Source: a virus
Reading direction: 5' to 3' (one strand)
IMG/VR virus record: IMGVR_UViG_3300009068_004979
DNA: 64,000 nt
The notes beneath the pieces were generated by a model. That model was not told the DNA's origin, did no database searches, and saw only the letters and a list, made by a program, of their open reading frames with translations. Positions 28,871-38,857 of the stretch are shown in pieces; the stretch's first letter is position 1, and every line of letters begins with the position of its first letter. Both the position numbers and the translations under genes were made by a program.

Positions 28871-29455
28871 ATGATCATACAACAAAAGCTATACGATGGT
28901 AATCTGATACACAGTCGATTTGCATATAAATTTTTTAGAGATAAAACTCTACCAATTGGTAATATTGTTGCATTTCGTGCTCCAATGAAAGTAGAAGCTG
29001 AAGGAATGATTGACAGTGAAGACATTTTAAATGCAGATTATATTTACAGCGATGATGCTATTAATTTTTGCTGGGAGATACCAGGCTTAGATCCATTTGG
29101 TGCTGTTGCCTGGCAGAGACTCTTTAATACACAGATTGCTAATGTCCTGAGTACAAAGTACATTAATGCCCCAATTGAAGTTGATGGTGATGACCTAATT
29201 GTGCACAAAGAGCATAATCAGGGTGGCATCACTCAAACCAAAGGTAAATGTAGCGTCAGTATTACTGTATCAAATAATAATGTAGCACTAGGCCATACAG
29301 GAATTAATATCACTGCTGGTAAAAAAGCACCTGCATTTGCTTATTCCACAAGTCTCACTGATGAACAGGCGCAGGCCTTTATGAAAGATATTATTGATAT
29401 TTTTTATCAAATGAATGATGATATCTTTCTTGCTACTACAAAAGTCATTGCTTAA
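28871..29455 (+). CDS. DUF366-like protein (biotin/lipoate-ligase-like fold)
   Basis: YDG..IH..FAY, IVAFRAPM, DGDDL, KCSVSI, HTGIN. Confidence 0.65.
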   Translation: MIIQQKLYDGNLIHSRFAYKFFRDKTLPIGNIVAFRAPMKVEAEGMIDSEDILNADYIYSDDAINFCWEIPGLDPFGAVAWQRLFNTQIANVLSTKYINAPIEVDGDDLIVHKEHNQGGITQTKGKCSVSITVSNNNVALGHTGINITAGKKAPAFAYSTSLTDEQAQAFMKDIIDIFYQMNDDIFLATTKVIA

Positions 29456-29832
29456 TGACCATTTTTGACTTTATTAATGATGTTCTTTTTACCAAGAAGA
29501 ACACGATGCAAAGTCTTGATGATGAGAGTAATTTCTCACCTTATATGCTAAATAGATGGATCAGCATGTATTCACCAACTATGGCTTTAGATTGCAATAC
29601 AATAAACAAATATCTTGGAGCTTTCGAAAACAAGAAAGATCTCTTCAACCTTTTTGTTGCGACCTTTAAGAAGGTACCATTTAAAAGAATTAATTATATC
29701 AAGAAACACAAAGAAGAAAAAAAAGAAGAATGCGAACAGCTCGATTTACTAGCCAAAAGCTATGAATTATCTAAAAGAGAAATAAAGCAATATCTCGAAT
29801 TAAAAGATGGTTTTTTGAAAGGAGTTAAATAA
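29455..29832 (+). CDS. gp62: Clamp loader small subunit
   Basis: FDFIN.V...K, FSPYMLNRWISM, YELSKRE...Y. Confidence 0.7.
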   Translation: MTIFDFINDVLFTKKNTMQSLDDESNFSPYMLNRWISMYSPTMALDCNTINKYLGAFENKKDLFNLFVATFKKVPFKRINYIKKHKEEKKEECEQLDLLAKSYELSKREIKQYLELKDGFLKGVK

Positions 29833-29840
29833 GTCCTTGT

Positions 29841-30302
29841 ATGCCAGCAAATATTGATCTACTACCGACACAAAAAAGTTTAATTGATCTTTCAGAGTTA
29901 CCCAAAAATACCTTTGGATCTGTTTTCTTAGGCTATAATCTAAAATCACTCATGGATGATATTCTTCTTGTTAAGTTTATTGACGAGACGGAAGACGGTA
30001 CTTCCATCATGAGAAACGGTCTTCATGTGCCTATTAATGCCGAGCTTCGCGCATGGAGAGTAGGTGAGGTGATTCTTGCTGGGCCAAATACAAAAAATGC
30101 TCTCCCAGGAAACATTGTTTGCTTTCCTAATAACTTAGGTATTCCAATTGCAAATATTGGTGTCGATGGTTACGGTACTCTCAAGAAAGGTATCTTCTTA
30201 AATGAGCAGCGTATCTTCGGCATTTGTTCGGTGACTAACGATAATGAAACTGTCGCTGCCAACGTTAAAAAATCTTCTGCTAAACAACGTAGCAGAAATT
30301 AA
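29841..30302 (+). CDS. GroES-like co-chaperonin (gp31-like)
   Basis: DDILLV...GLHVP...GEVILAGP...GNIV...LNEQRIFG. Confidence 0.7.
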   Translation: MPANIDLLPTQKSLIDLSELPKNTFGSVFLGYNLKSLMDDILLVKFIDETEDGTSIMRNGLHVPINAELRAWRVGEVILAGPNTKNALPGNIVCFPNNLGIPIANIGVDGYGTLKKGIFLNEQRIFGICSVTNDNETVAANVKKSSAKQRSRN

Positions 30303-30621
30303 GTTTGTTAGGCGGCGTCCAAAAGCTGGAGCCCCTCTAACAAGACGCATGCTCTGTACTAGTTCGTATAAGCTCCTGAATAGCCCAGAAGGCCGTGTCG
30401 CTCTTAATTATAAGAGAGCATACAATACACCCAAGTTTAATCCTGCACAGAAAAATCTTGTTATTACTTGGGATATTATCATGCAAGATTACAGATGTAT
30501 TAACATGGTCGCATGCAATCTTATTCAAGTCATCCCAGCCAATCAGCAATTTTGGAAATTTTTTAACGAAAAACTAAGCTTATTATCAACCCAGCAAAAA
30601 ATAAGGTTCATGAACCAATGA
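30244..30621 (+). CDS. WYL_2/SH3-barrel (DUF2693-like) protein
   Basis: IKF...RRMLCT...TWDI...YRCI. Confidence 0.65.
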   Translation: MKLSLPTLKNLLLNNVAEIKFVRRRPKAGAPLTRRMLCTSSYKLLNSPEGRVALNYKRAYNTPKFNPAQKNLVITWDIIMQDYRCINMVACNLIQVIPANQQFWKFFNEKLSLLSTQQKIRFMNQ

Positions 30622-30965
30622 CATCTATTTTTGAAATCGAAGAATCTTTAAAAGATTACCTACAAAAAAATATTACTATTTGTATTGATAATAAAATATT
30701 GAAACAAGGCAGGCTTATTCTATTTTGTATAAAGGACTTTTTTTGTGTATTCACTCTTGTAACTGATGCAAAGACTAATAAAAAAATTATCTATGAACTT
30801 CCCTACCCGTTTATTTTTCAAAAAAATAGTAGCAACTTAATTTTTGACTACACATTGAATACATTTTGCAATGTGAATCGTGACACATGTCAGAAAGTTG
30901 AAGATCTGCAGCTCAAGAAGACATCAAAACTGTTCAACAAAAAAGTATCAGTTTACTCTCTATAA
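30618..30965 (+). CDS. Hypothetical protein
   Basis: 115-aa ORF with ATGA overlap. Confidence 0.55.
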   Translation: MTSIFEIEESLKDYLQKNITICIDNKILKQGRLILFCIKDFFCVFTLVTDAKTNKKIIYELPYPFIFQKNSSNLIFDYTLNTFCNVNRDTCQKVEDLQLKKTSKLFNKKVSVYSL

Positions 30966-30985
30966 AAAGATATTATAATATATTA

Positions 30986-32617
30986 GTGTTCAGTAGATAT
31001 ATTCAGCATTTTCCGGAAGAGTATAATCCAAGTACTCAGCAAGTTAAACTAATTAAAGGCGTAGAGCGTGCTTTTAATAACGGCAAAAAATTTGTTATTT
31101 GTTGCGCGCCTACAGGAGCCGGTAAAAGCTTCCTCGCCAAGACACTTGCAGGCATAAGCTCGCAGCCTACAGCAGAATTTAAAAATCTTATAAATGGATA
31201 TGCAGCATATAAGCAAGACTTTGCTGGCAACTATATAAATGAAGTAAAATGTCTAGAGCAACCACCGCATGGGGCATTTGCACTTACTATTACCAAGTCA
31301 CTACAAGATCAGTATTTGAAGCTATTTACCGATACAGATAGTTTGAAAGGCAAATCAAATTATGTGTGTGCAGTGGATCAGAATTTTGATGTTGAAACTG
31401 CTCCCTGTGTGTTTGTATCAAAGCTAAAGGAAGAATGCTGGGAGAAAAATCGATGCCCATATTATAATGCACGGAATACAGCTCTCACATCACAATTTGC
31501 AGTCTTAAATTACAAAATGTTTCTAGCGCTACCTAGTCATATAAAGAGAAAGAACTTCATTATATGTGATGAAGCTTCAGAGCTTGAAGATGAACTTATT
31601 AAAAGATTTTCTGCAGATATTGTGTACGACCGCCTCAAATCATACGGAATAGAATATAAAACTCTCATTACTGATAATAATGAAAAAGTACGCACATGGA
31701 TTTACGAGCTCATTTTCAATACAAGCGAACAAATCAACACACTTGTTAATAAAGTGAGCAAGCGACAGACAGCCCTATCACAACCTGAGCGCATAAGGCT
31801 TCAATATCTTAAAAATCTGCATAGCTCGCTCACAACAATTGATCAATTGTGGCAGGATTGTGAATTTATAATTGATAAAGATGCAAAAAAAGTATCCATT
31901 ACTCCGCTCAAAGCAGATAAGCTTTCCAAGTTTATTTTTGATAGCGCCGATAATGTGTTACTCATGTCTGCTACAATTATTGATCATAAAAATTTTGCAA
32001 AGCATCTTGGTATAAAAGATTATGAGTATGTTGAGGTGGATAGTGATTTTGATGCAGCTAAATCACCAATTTACGTTACATCAAAAAATAAGCTTAACTA
32101 TAAAAATATTAAGTTAGTTTTGCCAGCAATTTGTGATCAGATAAAAACAATAGTCGACTTTCATAAAAACGATAAAGGTATTATACATACCCACTCACTT
32201 GATATAACAGAAACCTTAAAACAAAGACTTGCAGGTAACAAGAGATACTTGTTTAGAGATAGCTTCTCTAACAACGAAGCAATTCTAAAAGAACATTATG
32301 AGGCAGACTTTCCAACAATCCTAGTTTCACCGTCTCTTGCTTTTGGTGTTGATCTAAAGGATGATTTAGCACGTTTTCAGATTATCGTAAAACTACCTTA
32401 TCCACCACTATCATCTAAACGTATTAAGAAAATTTTTGATATAGATAAAGAATGGTATGAGAATAAAATGCTCAATGCTGTTGTTCAAGCTTCTGGTAGA
32501 GCCACGAGAAGCAGGAAAGATTTCAGTACAACATATATTCTAGATGGTAATATAGTTAATGTTATTAAAAGAGTTAAGAATAAGCTACCTAAATATTTTG
32601 TTGATCGTATTGTTTAA
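30986..32617 (+). CDS. DinG/XPD-family helicase
   Basis: APTGAGKS, LQDQY, KGKSNYVC, CPYY, DEA, MSAT, GVD, QASGR. Confidence 0.9.
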   Translation: MFSRYIQHFPEEYNPSTQQVKLIKGVERAFNNGKKFVICCAPTGAGKSFLAKTLAGISSQPTAEFKNLINGYAAYKQDFAGNYINEVKCLEQPPHGAFALTITKSLQDQYLKLFTDTDSLKGKSNYVCAVDQNFDVETAPCVFVSKLKEECWEKNRCPYYNARNTALTSQFAVLNYKMFLALPSHIKRKNFIICDEASELEDELIKRFSADIVYDRLKSYGIEYKTLITDNNEKVRTWIYELIFNTSEQINTLVNKVSKRQTALSQPERIRLQYLKNLHSSLTTIDQLWQDCEFIIDKDAKKVSITPLKADKLSKFIFDSADNVLLMSATIIDHKNFAKHLGIKDYEYVEVDSDFDAAKSPIYVTSKNKLNYKNIKLVLPAICDQIKTIVDFHKNDKGIIHTHSLDITETLKQRLAGNKRYLFRDSFSNNEAILKEHYEADFPTILVSPSLAFGVDLKDDLARFQIIVKLPYPPLSSKRIKKIFDIDKEWYENKMLNAVVQASGRATRSRKDFSTTYILDGNIVNVIKRVKNKLPKYFVDRIV

Positions 32618-32628
32618 TAAATAATTAA

Positions 32629-33435
32629 GTGAAGAACCAAACATATCATTTTGAGATTAAGGATGTGCTCACACAATTTGTGGCTGCATTTGATGATATT
32701 ATCATAAAGCGGTATGATAAAAACAGAATTCCTCAGAGCTTATTACAGGTAAGATATGTTTACTCTCCTAAACAGCGTGTAATGTATGATTTAGTTAATA
32801 AAGCAATGAACATAACCATACCTGTTGTTGCCATTAATATAAATAGTGTTTCACGCGACGAATCGCGAGTTTTTAATAAAATTGGTGGATTCTATTACCC
32901 CCGCGGAACTTCAGATAACGATGCAAAGAGCTCCACAGCATACTATAGAAGCCCGGTTCCAGTAAACATTGATATATCAATGTCTGTTTTAACTAAATTT
33001 CAGTCTGATATGGATCAGATAATATCTAATTTTGTACCTTATAATAACCCGTACATTATTATTTCTTGGCGCGTACCAGATGGCTTAGTAAGCCCTACAC
33101 TTACAACAGCACAAGAAATTCGTAGTGAAGTTCTATGGAATGGCAGTATCAATCTAAATTATCCAATAGAGCTTAATGGATTAGATAAGTTTAAGATTGT
33201 TGGTGACACATCATTTACTATTAAAAGCTGGCTCTTCCCAGCTGTTAGCAATGACGCGTCTAATATATTCTTTATTAACAATAACTTCTATAATTCTAGA
33301 CTGCTTACAAATTATGACATACTGACAAGCTCATCTTTCACATATCCGCTAAGCACAGGCTTAGTATCTGATATAGAGACAGCATCTGTCTCTGGATCAC
33401 CATCCTTAACCAATGTGGATTACTCATACAGTTAA
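32629..33435 (+). CDS. gp15: Tail sheath stabiliser / tail terminator
   Basis: YHFEIK....F...FDDI.I.R, YSPKQR, PVPVNI, DQII..F.P. Confidence 0.78.
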   Translation: MKNQTYHFEIKDVLTQFVAAFDDIIIKRYDKNRIPQSLLQVRYVYSPKQRVMYDLVNKAMNITIPVVAININSVSRDESRVFNKIGGFYYPRGTSDNDAKSSTAYYRSPVPVNIDISMSVLTKFQSDMDQIISNFVPYNNPYIIISWRVPDGLVSPTLTTAQEIRSEVLWNGSINLNYPIELNGLDKFKIVGDTSFTIKSWLFPAVSNDASNIFFINNNFYNSRLLTNYDILTSSSFTYPLSTGLVSDIETASVSGSPSLTNVDYSYS

Positions 33436-33500
33436 AAGTAGGGGATATTTAATATTTACAGTTTAGTTTCAATTAGAATTACATAAATAATTTATAATAT

Positions 33501-35318
33501 ATGCCTGATTCAGCTAATTCTAATTATCAAGGTAAAGAAAACCAAGGAAATTTCGGTCGCGAGCTGATGAAATATGTTTCATCTAGACTGCCTTACACCT
33601 CTTTAAATGTAGCTGATAAAATCAATCAACTCAATCCTAAGTATGAGTTGTTTTATGATCAGGGCACAAAGCGTGATGAAGCACTCTCCAGACAGTCTAT
33701 AGCTTCCTCTATTGCATATACGGAAGACATGTATGCAAATGTTATTCAAAATAAAGATTATCATGAGTTCATGTATGCTAACGTACAGCCTGACAAAGGT
33801 CGTCGCCTTATGGACTACCGCGTTATGGCAGCTTATTCTGAAGTTGCAGACGCGTTAGATGAAATTTGTGACGAATTTATCAATAAAGATGATAATGGTG
33901 ATATTGTTAAGCTTAATATTGATAACCCCGACCTCTCTGATCAACAGAAAGGTGAGCTAGCTCGCGAATGCAAGAAGTTTGTAGAGTTATTTGATCTTGA
34001 ACATAAAGGCTGGGAATACCTCAGAGGGTTATTAGTAGACGCAGAGCTATATTACGAGCATATTATTCATAAAAAATATCCTAAAGAGGGTATTCTCGGT
34101 GTTATGGCTATTCCTTCAGAGGTTATTGATCCAATTTACAGCAATGTACAAAACATGGTTATTAAAGGCTATCTGTTAAGAAAAAATATTTATGATGCTC
34201 GCAATCCAATGAAGGTGGTTAAACAGGAGCTCATACCAATGGATACAAATCAAGTTACCTATATCAATTCTGGTATTTGGAATGAAAATAAAACAGTACG
34301 TCTTCCGTTCATAGAAAATGCTCGTAGAGCCTACCGTCAGTTGAGCCTTATTGAAGATGCAATTGTAATTTATCGCTTGGTCCGTGCACCAGAGCGTTTG
34401 GTCTTCAATGTGGATGTGGGCAATATGCCGCCACCCAAAGCAGAAGCATATCTAAGAAAATTAATGACCAATTATTGGTCTAAGAGAACATATGATGCAG
34501 ATCAAGGTGCCACAGTTCAAAAATTCAGCCCACAATCCATGCTTGACAGCTTTTGGTTTGCCAAGCGGGCTGGCAGTGAAGGCACTTCTGTAACTCAATT
34601 GCCCGGTGGTGCTAATCTCGGTGAACTGGCAGACTTAATGTACTTTGTTAAAAAACTTTACAAAGCCCTCAAAGTACCAGTAACCAGATTAGATGCTGAT
34701 GATGCATTCCGTGATGGTACTGATATTCTTCGTGAAGAATTAAAATTTGCTCGCTTCATTATTCGATTGCAGCAGAGATTCGCTACCGGGCTCAAGAATG
34801 GATTTATTACACATCTCAAGCTCAAAGGTATCTGGGAAAAGCTCAAGTTAAAAGATTCAGAATTAGACCTCGTATTCAATGTACCAACAAATTTTTACGA
34901 ACTACGTGAAAATCAAAAATTCCAGCTAAAGGCTGAAAATTTCAATAGCATCACACAAAGTGACTTGGTTTCCAAGACGTACGCACAGAAAAAATATCTT
35001 GGCTGGTCAGATTCAGATGTTATGGCCAATAGAGAATTTCTACGTAAAGATAGGGAATTACTCTGGGAACTTGATCAAATTACAAATGCTGGTCCCAATT
35101 GGCAAGACGAAGGTGCTACAGTTTCAGGTGCAGCTCCTGAAGCAGGCGGTGCAGCTGCTGGTGGAGCTTCTGCTCTAGGTGGTGCACCAGCTGCAGCTGG
35201 TGGTGCTGAAACACCGCCAGAATTTGGTCCTGGACCTGGTGAAGCAGGTGCAACAGCTCCTGAAGCAGGTGCAGGTGGTGAAGCTGGAGGCGGCGAAGCA
35301 GCAGCAGGAGGAGCATAA
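33501..35318 (+). CDS. gp20: Portal protein
   Basis: YRVMA..EV..ALDEI, IEDAIVIYRLVRAPERLVFNVDVGNMP, LPGG.NLG, REELKF. Confidence 0.96.
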   Translation: MPDSANSNYQGKENQGNFGRELMKYVSSRLPYTSLNVADKINQLNPKYELFYDQGTKRDEALSRQSIASSIAYTEDMYANVIQNKDYHEFMYANVQPDKGRRLMDYRVMAAYSEVADALDEICDEFINKDDNGDIVKLNIDNPDLSDQQKGELARECKKFVELFDLEHKGWEYLRGLLVDAELYYEHIIHKKYPKEGILGVMAIPSEVIDPIYSNVQNMVIKGYLLRKNIYDARNPMKVVKQELIPMDTNQVTYINSGIWNENKTVRLPFIENARRAYRQLSLIEDAIVIYRLVRAPERLVFNVDVGNMPPPKAEAYLRKLMTNYWSKRTYDADQGATVQKFSPQSMLDSFWFAKRAGSEGTSVTQLPGGANLGELADLMYFVKKLYKALKVPVTRLDADDAFRDGTDILREELKFARFIIRLQQRFATGLKNGFITHLKLKGIWEKLKLKDSELDLVFNVPTNFYELRENQKFQLKAENFNSITQSDLVSKTYAQKKYLGWSDSDVMANREFLRKDRELLWELDQITNAGPNWQDEGATVSGAAPEAGGAAAGGASALGGAPAAAGGAETPPEFGPGPGEAGATAPEAGAGGEAGGGEAAAGGA

Positions 35319-35319
35319 A

Positions 35320-36396
35320 ATGGATTGCAATGCCGTTACGCCCATCTCAGCTTTTCAAAGTACCAACTTAACAAGCAAAATAGATTCATTTGGTCGCCTG
35401 GGTGATCGTATCACGCGCGCGCTAGGCGCACCCATGGTTAATATTGAAATTCACCATGATCAGCTTTTTGAAAATATCTCTATTGCATGTGAAATGTTTG
35501 CAAAGTATGCAGGGTATACAGAAGAGTATCTAGTTTTTGATTCTAATCTCTATGAAGATGGTAAAGGTCTTAGAGTTGATAGTCTTTTTAGTATTACGCC
35601 ATATTTTAATAAAACTATTCAATCCTATACAACAGTGTATGCAGCAACATCCACAATAAAAGGATCTTTATTTGCTTCTTCTTCTGCTTTATCGGCCACC
35701 TATGTGGATGGTATTTTTGAAAATCAAATTTTAACCAGAACAAACTACCTAAGCGTTACAAACTTTAACACATCACTTACTGCATATTTTAATCCTTCTA
35801 TGAATAGCCAGGCAAAGCTTGTTAATAGCTTTGATTATGATACTATGGAATATCGTAAGGTAATTGATATTTTTAATTTTGAAGAAGGAAGCTCAACAGG
35901 TGTCAATACATTATTCACCATTGAGCAAACATTAGCACAGCAAACATATTTTAGCTATGCCATGGGTAACTATGGTTTTGATTTAGTGAGCTGGTATGTA
36001 CTTAAAAATTGGCTAGATGTGCGCGAAAAGGTTTTAGCTATTCGTCGGTCTTTTACTTTTGATCCTAGAACACAATATCTGGTAATGTATCCACCGCCTC
36101 GCACACCAGGTTCTGGTAGTCGATTCTGGGGTGCAGTTTCATGCTATGTGGAAAGACCATTAAGAGATATTATCAAAGAAAACTGGGTGTATCAATATGC
36201 GCTTGCTTTATCTAAAATCGCAGTAGGCAATGTAAGAGGCAAATATCAAAACACAACTTTGTTCGGTGGTGGCTCAATCAATTACAATGACTTGCTATCC
36301 CAAGGTTTAGCAGAAAAAGCTGCATTAGAGCAAAAGCTATATGAAGGTGCTCCAGGTCTTGGAGATGCTGCTCCACCTACTTTCTTTGTTGGATAA
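35320..36396 (+). CDS. gp13: Neck protein (start revised to ATG 35320)
   Basis: RALGAPMVNIEI, WVYQYALAL.K, KY...LFGG. Confidence 0.85.
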   Translation: MDCNAVTPISAFQSTNLTSKIDSFGRLGDRITRALGAPMVNIEIHHDQLFENISIACEMFAKYAGYTEEYLVFDSNLYEDGKGLRVDSLFSITPYFNKTIQSYTTVYAATSTIKGSLFASSSALSATYVDGIFENQILTRTNYLSVTNFNTSLTAYFNPSMNSQAKLVNSFDYDTMEYRKVIDIFNFEEGSSTGVNTLFTIEQTLAQQTYFSYAMGNYGFDLVSWYVLKNWLDVREKVLAIRRSFTFDPRTQYLVMYPPPRTPGSGSRFWGAVSCYVERPLRDIIKENWVYQYALALSKIAVGNVRGKYQNTTLFGGGSINYNDLLSQGLAEKAALEQKLYEGAPGLGDAAPPTFFVG

Positions 36397-36398
36397 TC

Positions 36399-36857
36399 AT
36401 GATTCCCTTGCAAGGAAATGGTAAATACAGGCAAGGTGTATTTCGTCCCCAAAATGCAGCAAAATACATTGGAAGAGAGCAGCCAGTGTACAGATCAGGC
36501 TGGGAATTAAAATTCTTTAGATGGTGTGACAATAATCCTAATGTAGTAGAATGGGCAAGTGAAGCCGTTGTTATACCGTACTTGAATCCTTTAGATGGTA
36601 AGTACCACCGTTATTATACTGATGGTATTGTAGCTATCAAAGAGGGAGACAAGGTGAACAAGTATATCATAGAGATCAAACCAAGTGAACAGCTGGCTAT
36701 ACCAGTTAAAGGCCGCAAAAGAATGAGTACCATGGTATATGAGAATAAAAGATATGTACAAAATCAATCCAAGTGGCAAGCTGCTAAGAAATGGTGCGAT
36801 CAACGCAACTTCAAATTTCTTATATTGACTGAAAAAGAATTAGGTATAAATAAATGA
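36399..36857 (+). CDS. gp4: Head completion nuclease
   Basis: KYIG, YRSGWE..F..WCD, WASE...IPY, IEIKP, NQSKW.AA, ILTE. Confidence 0.92.
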   Translation: MIPLQGNGKYRQGVFRPQNAAKYIGREQPVYRSGWELKFFRWCDNNPNVVEWASEAVVIPYLNPLDGKYHRYYTDGIVAIKEGDKVNKYIIEIKPSEQLAIPVKGRKRMSTMVYENKRYVQNQSKWQAAKKWCDQRNFKFLILTEKELGINK

Positions 36858-36869
36858 GCATTAAACCAA

Positions 36870-36875
36870 TAAATA
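36870..36875 (+). promoter_or_regulatory. Late promoter of gp21
   Basis: TAAATA-N5-ATG. Confidence 0.7.
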
Positions 36876-36880
36876 ATAAT

Positions 36881-37552
36881 ATGGCACTACATCTGCTTGT
36901 AGAAACTCCCGCTCCAGAAGAGCAATTTGAATATATTTTAGAGGAGAAAAACCCTAAAGAACCTGCAAAACTTTTTATTCAAGGGCCATACATGATGTGC
37001 AATGAAGTTAACAAGAACCAGCGTGTTTATGTAAGAGAAGACATGGAGCGCGAAGTGAGACGCTATGTTAAAGAGATGATTGATACAAAGAGAGCCATGG
37101 GTGAGCTCAATCACCCTACATCAGCTGAAGTGAATCTCGAAAGAGCATGTCATTTAACTACCAATCTTCGCATGGAAGGTAATTTTGTCTATGGAAGATC
37201 ACAAGTTCTCTCAACACCCATGGGACAAATTGTAAGATCTCTTATTAATGATGGTGTTAAAGTTGGCATGTCAAGCCGTGCTCTTGGCAAGCTAAATGAA
37301 GAGTCTGGTGGTGTTAACCGTGTAACTGACATGAGATTAGTAGCTGTTGACTGTGTTGCTGATCCATCGTGCCCCAAAGCATTTGTAAATGGTATCTTGG
37401 AAAGCAAACAATTTGTTGTAGCTGCAGATGGTACACTAGAAGAATTCTTTGAAAAATTTGAAAATAGTCTTAAAAATTTACCCAGAAAGGAAGTTGAATC
37501 GTTTTTAAAGGAGCAAATTCTTGGTTTCTTTAAAATGTTAAAAACCAGTTAA
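36881..37552 (+). CDS. gp21: Prohead protease (start revised to ATG 36881)
   Basis: NKNQRVY, GELNHP, TPMG, GMSSRALG, DCVADPS; TAAATA 5 nt before 36881. Confidence 0.95.
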   Translation: MALHLLVETPAPEEQFEYILEEKNPKEPAKLFIQGPYMMCNEVNKNQRVYVREDMEREVRRYVKEMIDTKRAMGELNHPTSAEVNLERACHLTTNLRMEGNFVYGRSQVLSTPMGQIVRSLINDGVKVGMSSRALGKLNEESGGVNRVTDMRLVAVDCVADPSCPKAFVNGILESKQFVVAADGTLEEFFEKFENSLKNLPRKEVESFLKEQILGFFKMLKTS

Positions 37553-37581
37553 TTTTTAACTAGAAACAACTAAATAATTAT

Positions 37582-37893
37582 ATGCCATTGAAATCCGGAA
37601 GCTCACAGAAAGTGATCAGTCAGAATGTTAAGACTGAAATGGATAAATTCAAGAAGACCGGTAAAATCGGAACATCCAAGCCTGAATCCAAAGCTGCAGC
37701 ACAAAAACAGGCTGTTGCCATTGCTCTTAAGAAAGCTGGCAAAAGCCAAGTTAGTGAGCAGCAAAATATAATTTCCTTTTTAAAAGCGGTTTCTCAGAAA
37801 AATTATTCTGAAGCAAATAAATATTTACAGGAAGTGGTTAATTCAAAGCTCAAAGCTAGAATAGAAGCTGCTTCCAAAAACAAAATTTTTTAA
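37582..37893 (+). CDS. Small basic prohead-core protein
   Basis: MPLKSGSSQKVISQN...QAVAIAL; lies between gp21 and gp22; late promoter. Confidence 0.6.
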   Translation: MPLKSGSSQKVISQNVKTEMDKFKKTGKIGTSKPESKAAAQKQAVAIALKKAGKSQVSEQQNIISFLKAVSQKNYSEANKYLQEVVNSKLKARIEAASKNKIF

Positions 37894-37896
37894 TTT

Positions 37897-38784
37897 ATGG
37901 AAACAAAAAACATCGTTAACATTCTAAGAGAAGCAACCAAGGATATTCTCACTGAAGATATTCTTAAAGAAATTGAAACAGCTTTTAATGACACAGTCAA
38001 TGAAAGAGTAACTATTCATGTTGAAAAAGCGCTAGCTGAACAGGATACAGATTATTCCAATAAGCTAGAGAAGCTTCTAGAAGCTATTGATGCAGATCAC
38101 ACAGTAAAATTAAACAAAGTAGTACAAGCTGTTGACGCTGATCGCGCCAAGAAGCTTGAGACTGTTGTTGAGAAATATCAGACTGCTCTTAATGAAGAAG
38201 CAGCAAAGTTTAAGACCAATTTAGTAGATCAAATCAGCAACTATCTTGATTTGTATCTAGAAGAAAAACTTCCTACAAAGGAATTGCAAGAAGCAGTAAA
38301 CAACAAGAGAGCCATTGAAATTCTAAATGAACTTCGTGGCACCCTCTCAGTTGATATGGCACTTGCTAAAGAGTCAATCCGCGACGCAGTCGTCGATGGT
38401 AAGACCAAATTAGATGAAGCTGCAAAGCAGCTTGAAGACGCCAATTCCAAGGTTACTTCTCTAACAGAGAGCCTTGAGAAGACAAGAGCTACATTAGTAC
38501 TTGAACAGAAACTATCTGGTTTAAATGCCGAAAAGAAAGAGTATATGAAAAAAATGCTCGACGGTAAGTCAGAAAAGTTTATTGTAGAGAACTTTAAGTA
38601 TACACTTGGTCTTTTCGAGAAAACCGAAGAAGAACGTCTCCAGAATCTAAAGAACGAGGCTGTCACTGAAACAGTATCAAAAGAAGTTGACAGACCCGTA
38701 ATCGAGGAATCGAAACAGGAAGCAAAGTCTGCAAGTAATGAACCAGCATTTGGTCTTTACATGTCAGAGCTTGGTAAGTATTGA
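37897..38784 (+). CDS. gp22: Prohead core scaffold protein
   Basis: Acidic coiled coil, ISNYLD motif, directly before gp23. Confidence 0.85.
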   Translation: METKNIVNILREATKDILTEDILKEIETAFNDTVNERVTIHVEKALAEQDTDYSNKLEKLLEAIDADHTVKLNKVVQAVDADRAKKLETVVEKYQTALNEEAAKFKTNLVDQISNYLDLYLEEKLPTKELQEAVNNKRAIEILNELRGTLSVDMALAKESIRDAVVDGKTKLDEAAKQLEDANSKVTSLTESLEKTRATLVLEQKLSGLNAEKKEYMKKMLDGKSEKFIVENFKYTLGLFEKTEEERLQNLKNEAVTETVSKEVDRPVIEESKQEAKSASNEPAFGLYMSELGKY

Positions 38785-38857
38785 TTTCGCTTTCTGTTGA
38801 GGCAGATCCTGAACAGTAAATAAAGGTCGACATTAGTAATAGGAAATTTATACTATT

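Noticed and set aside
35110-35318. Repeat array or CRISPR in GCAGCT/GGTG-rich DNA (also 54400-54720)
   Set aside because: Explained by Gly/Ala/Pro/Thr low-complexity coding; no repeat-spacer structure
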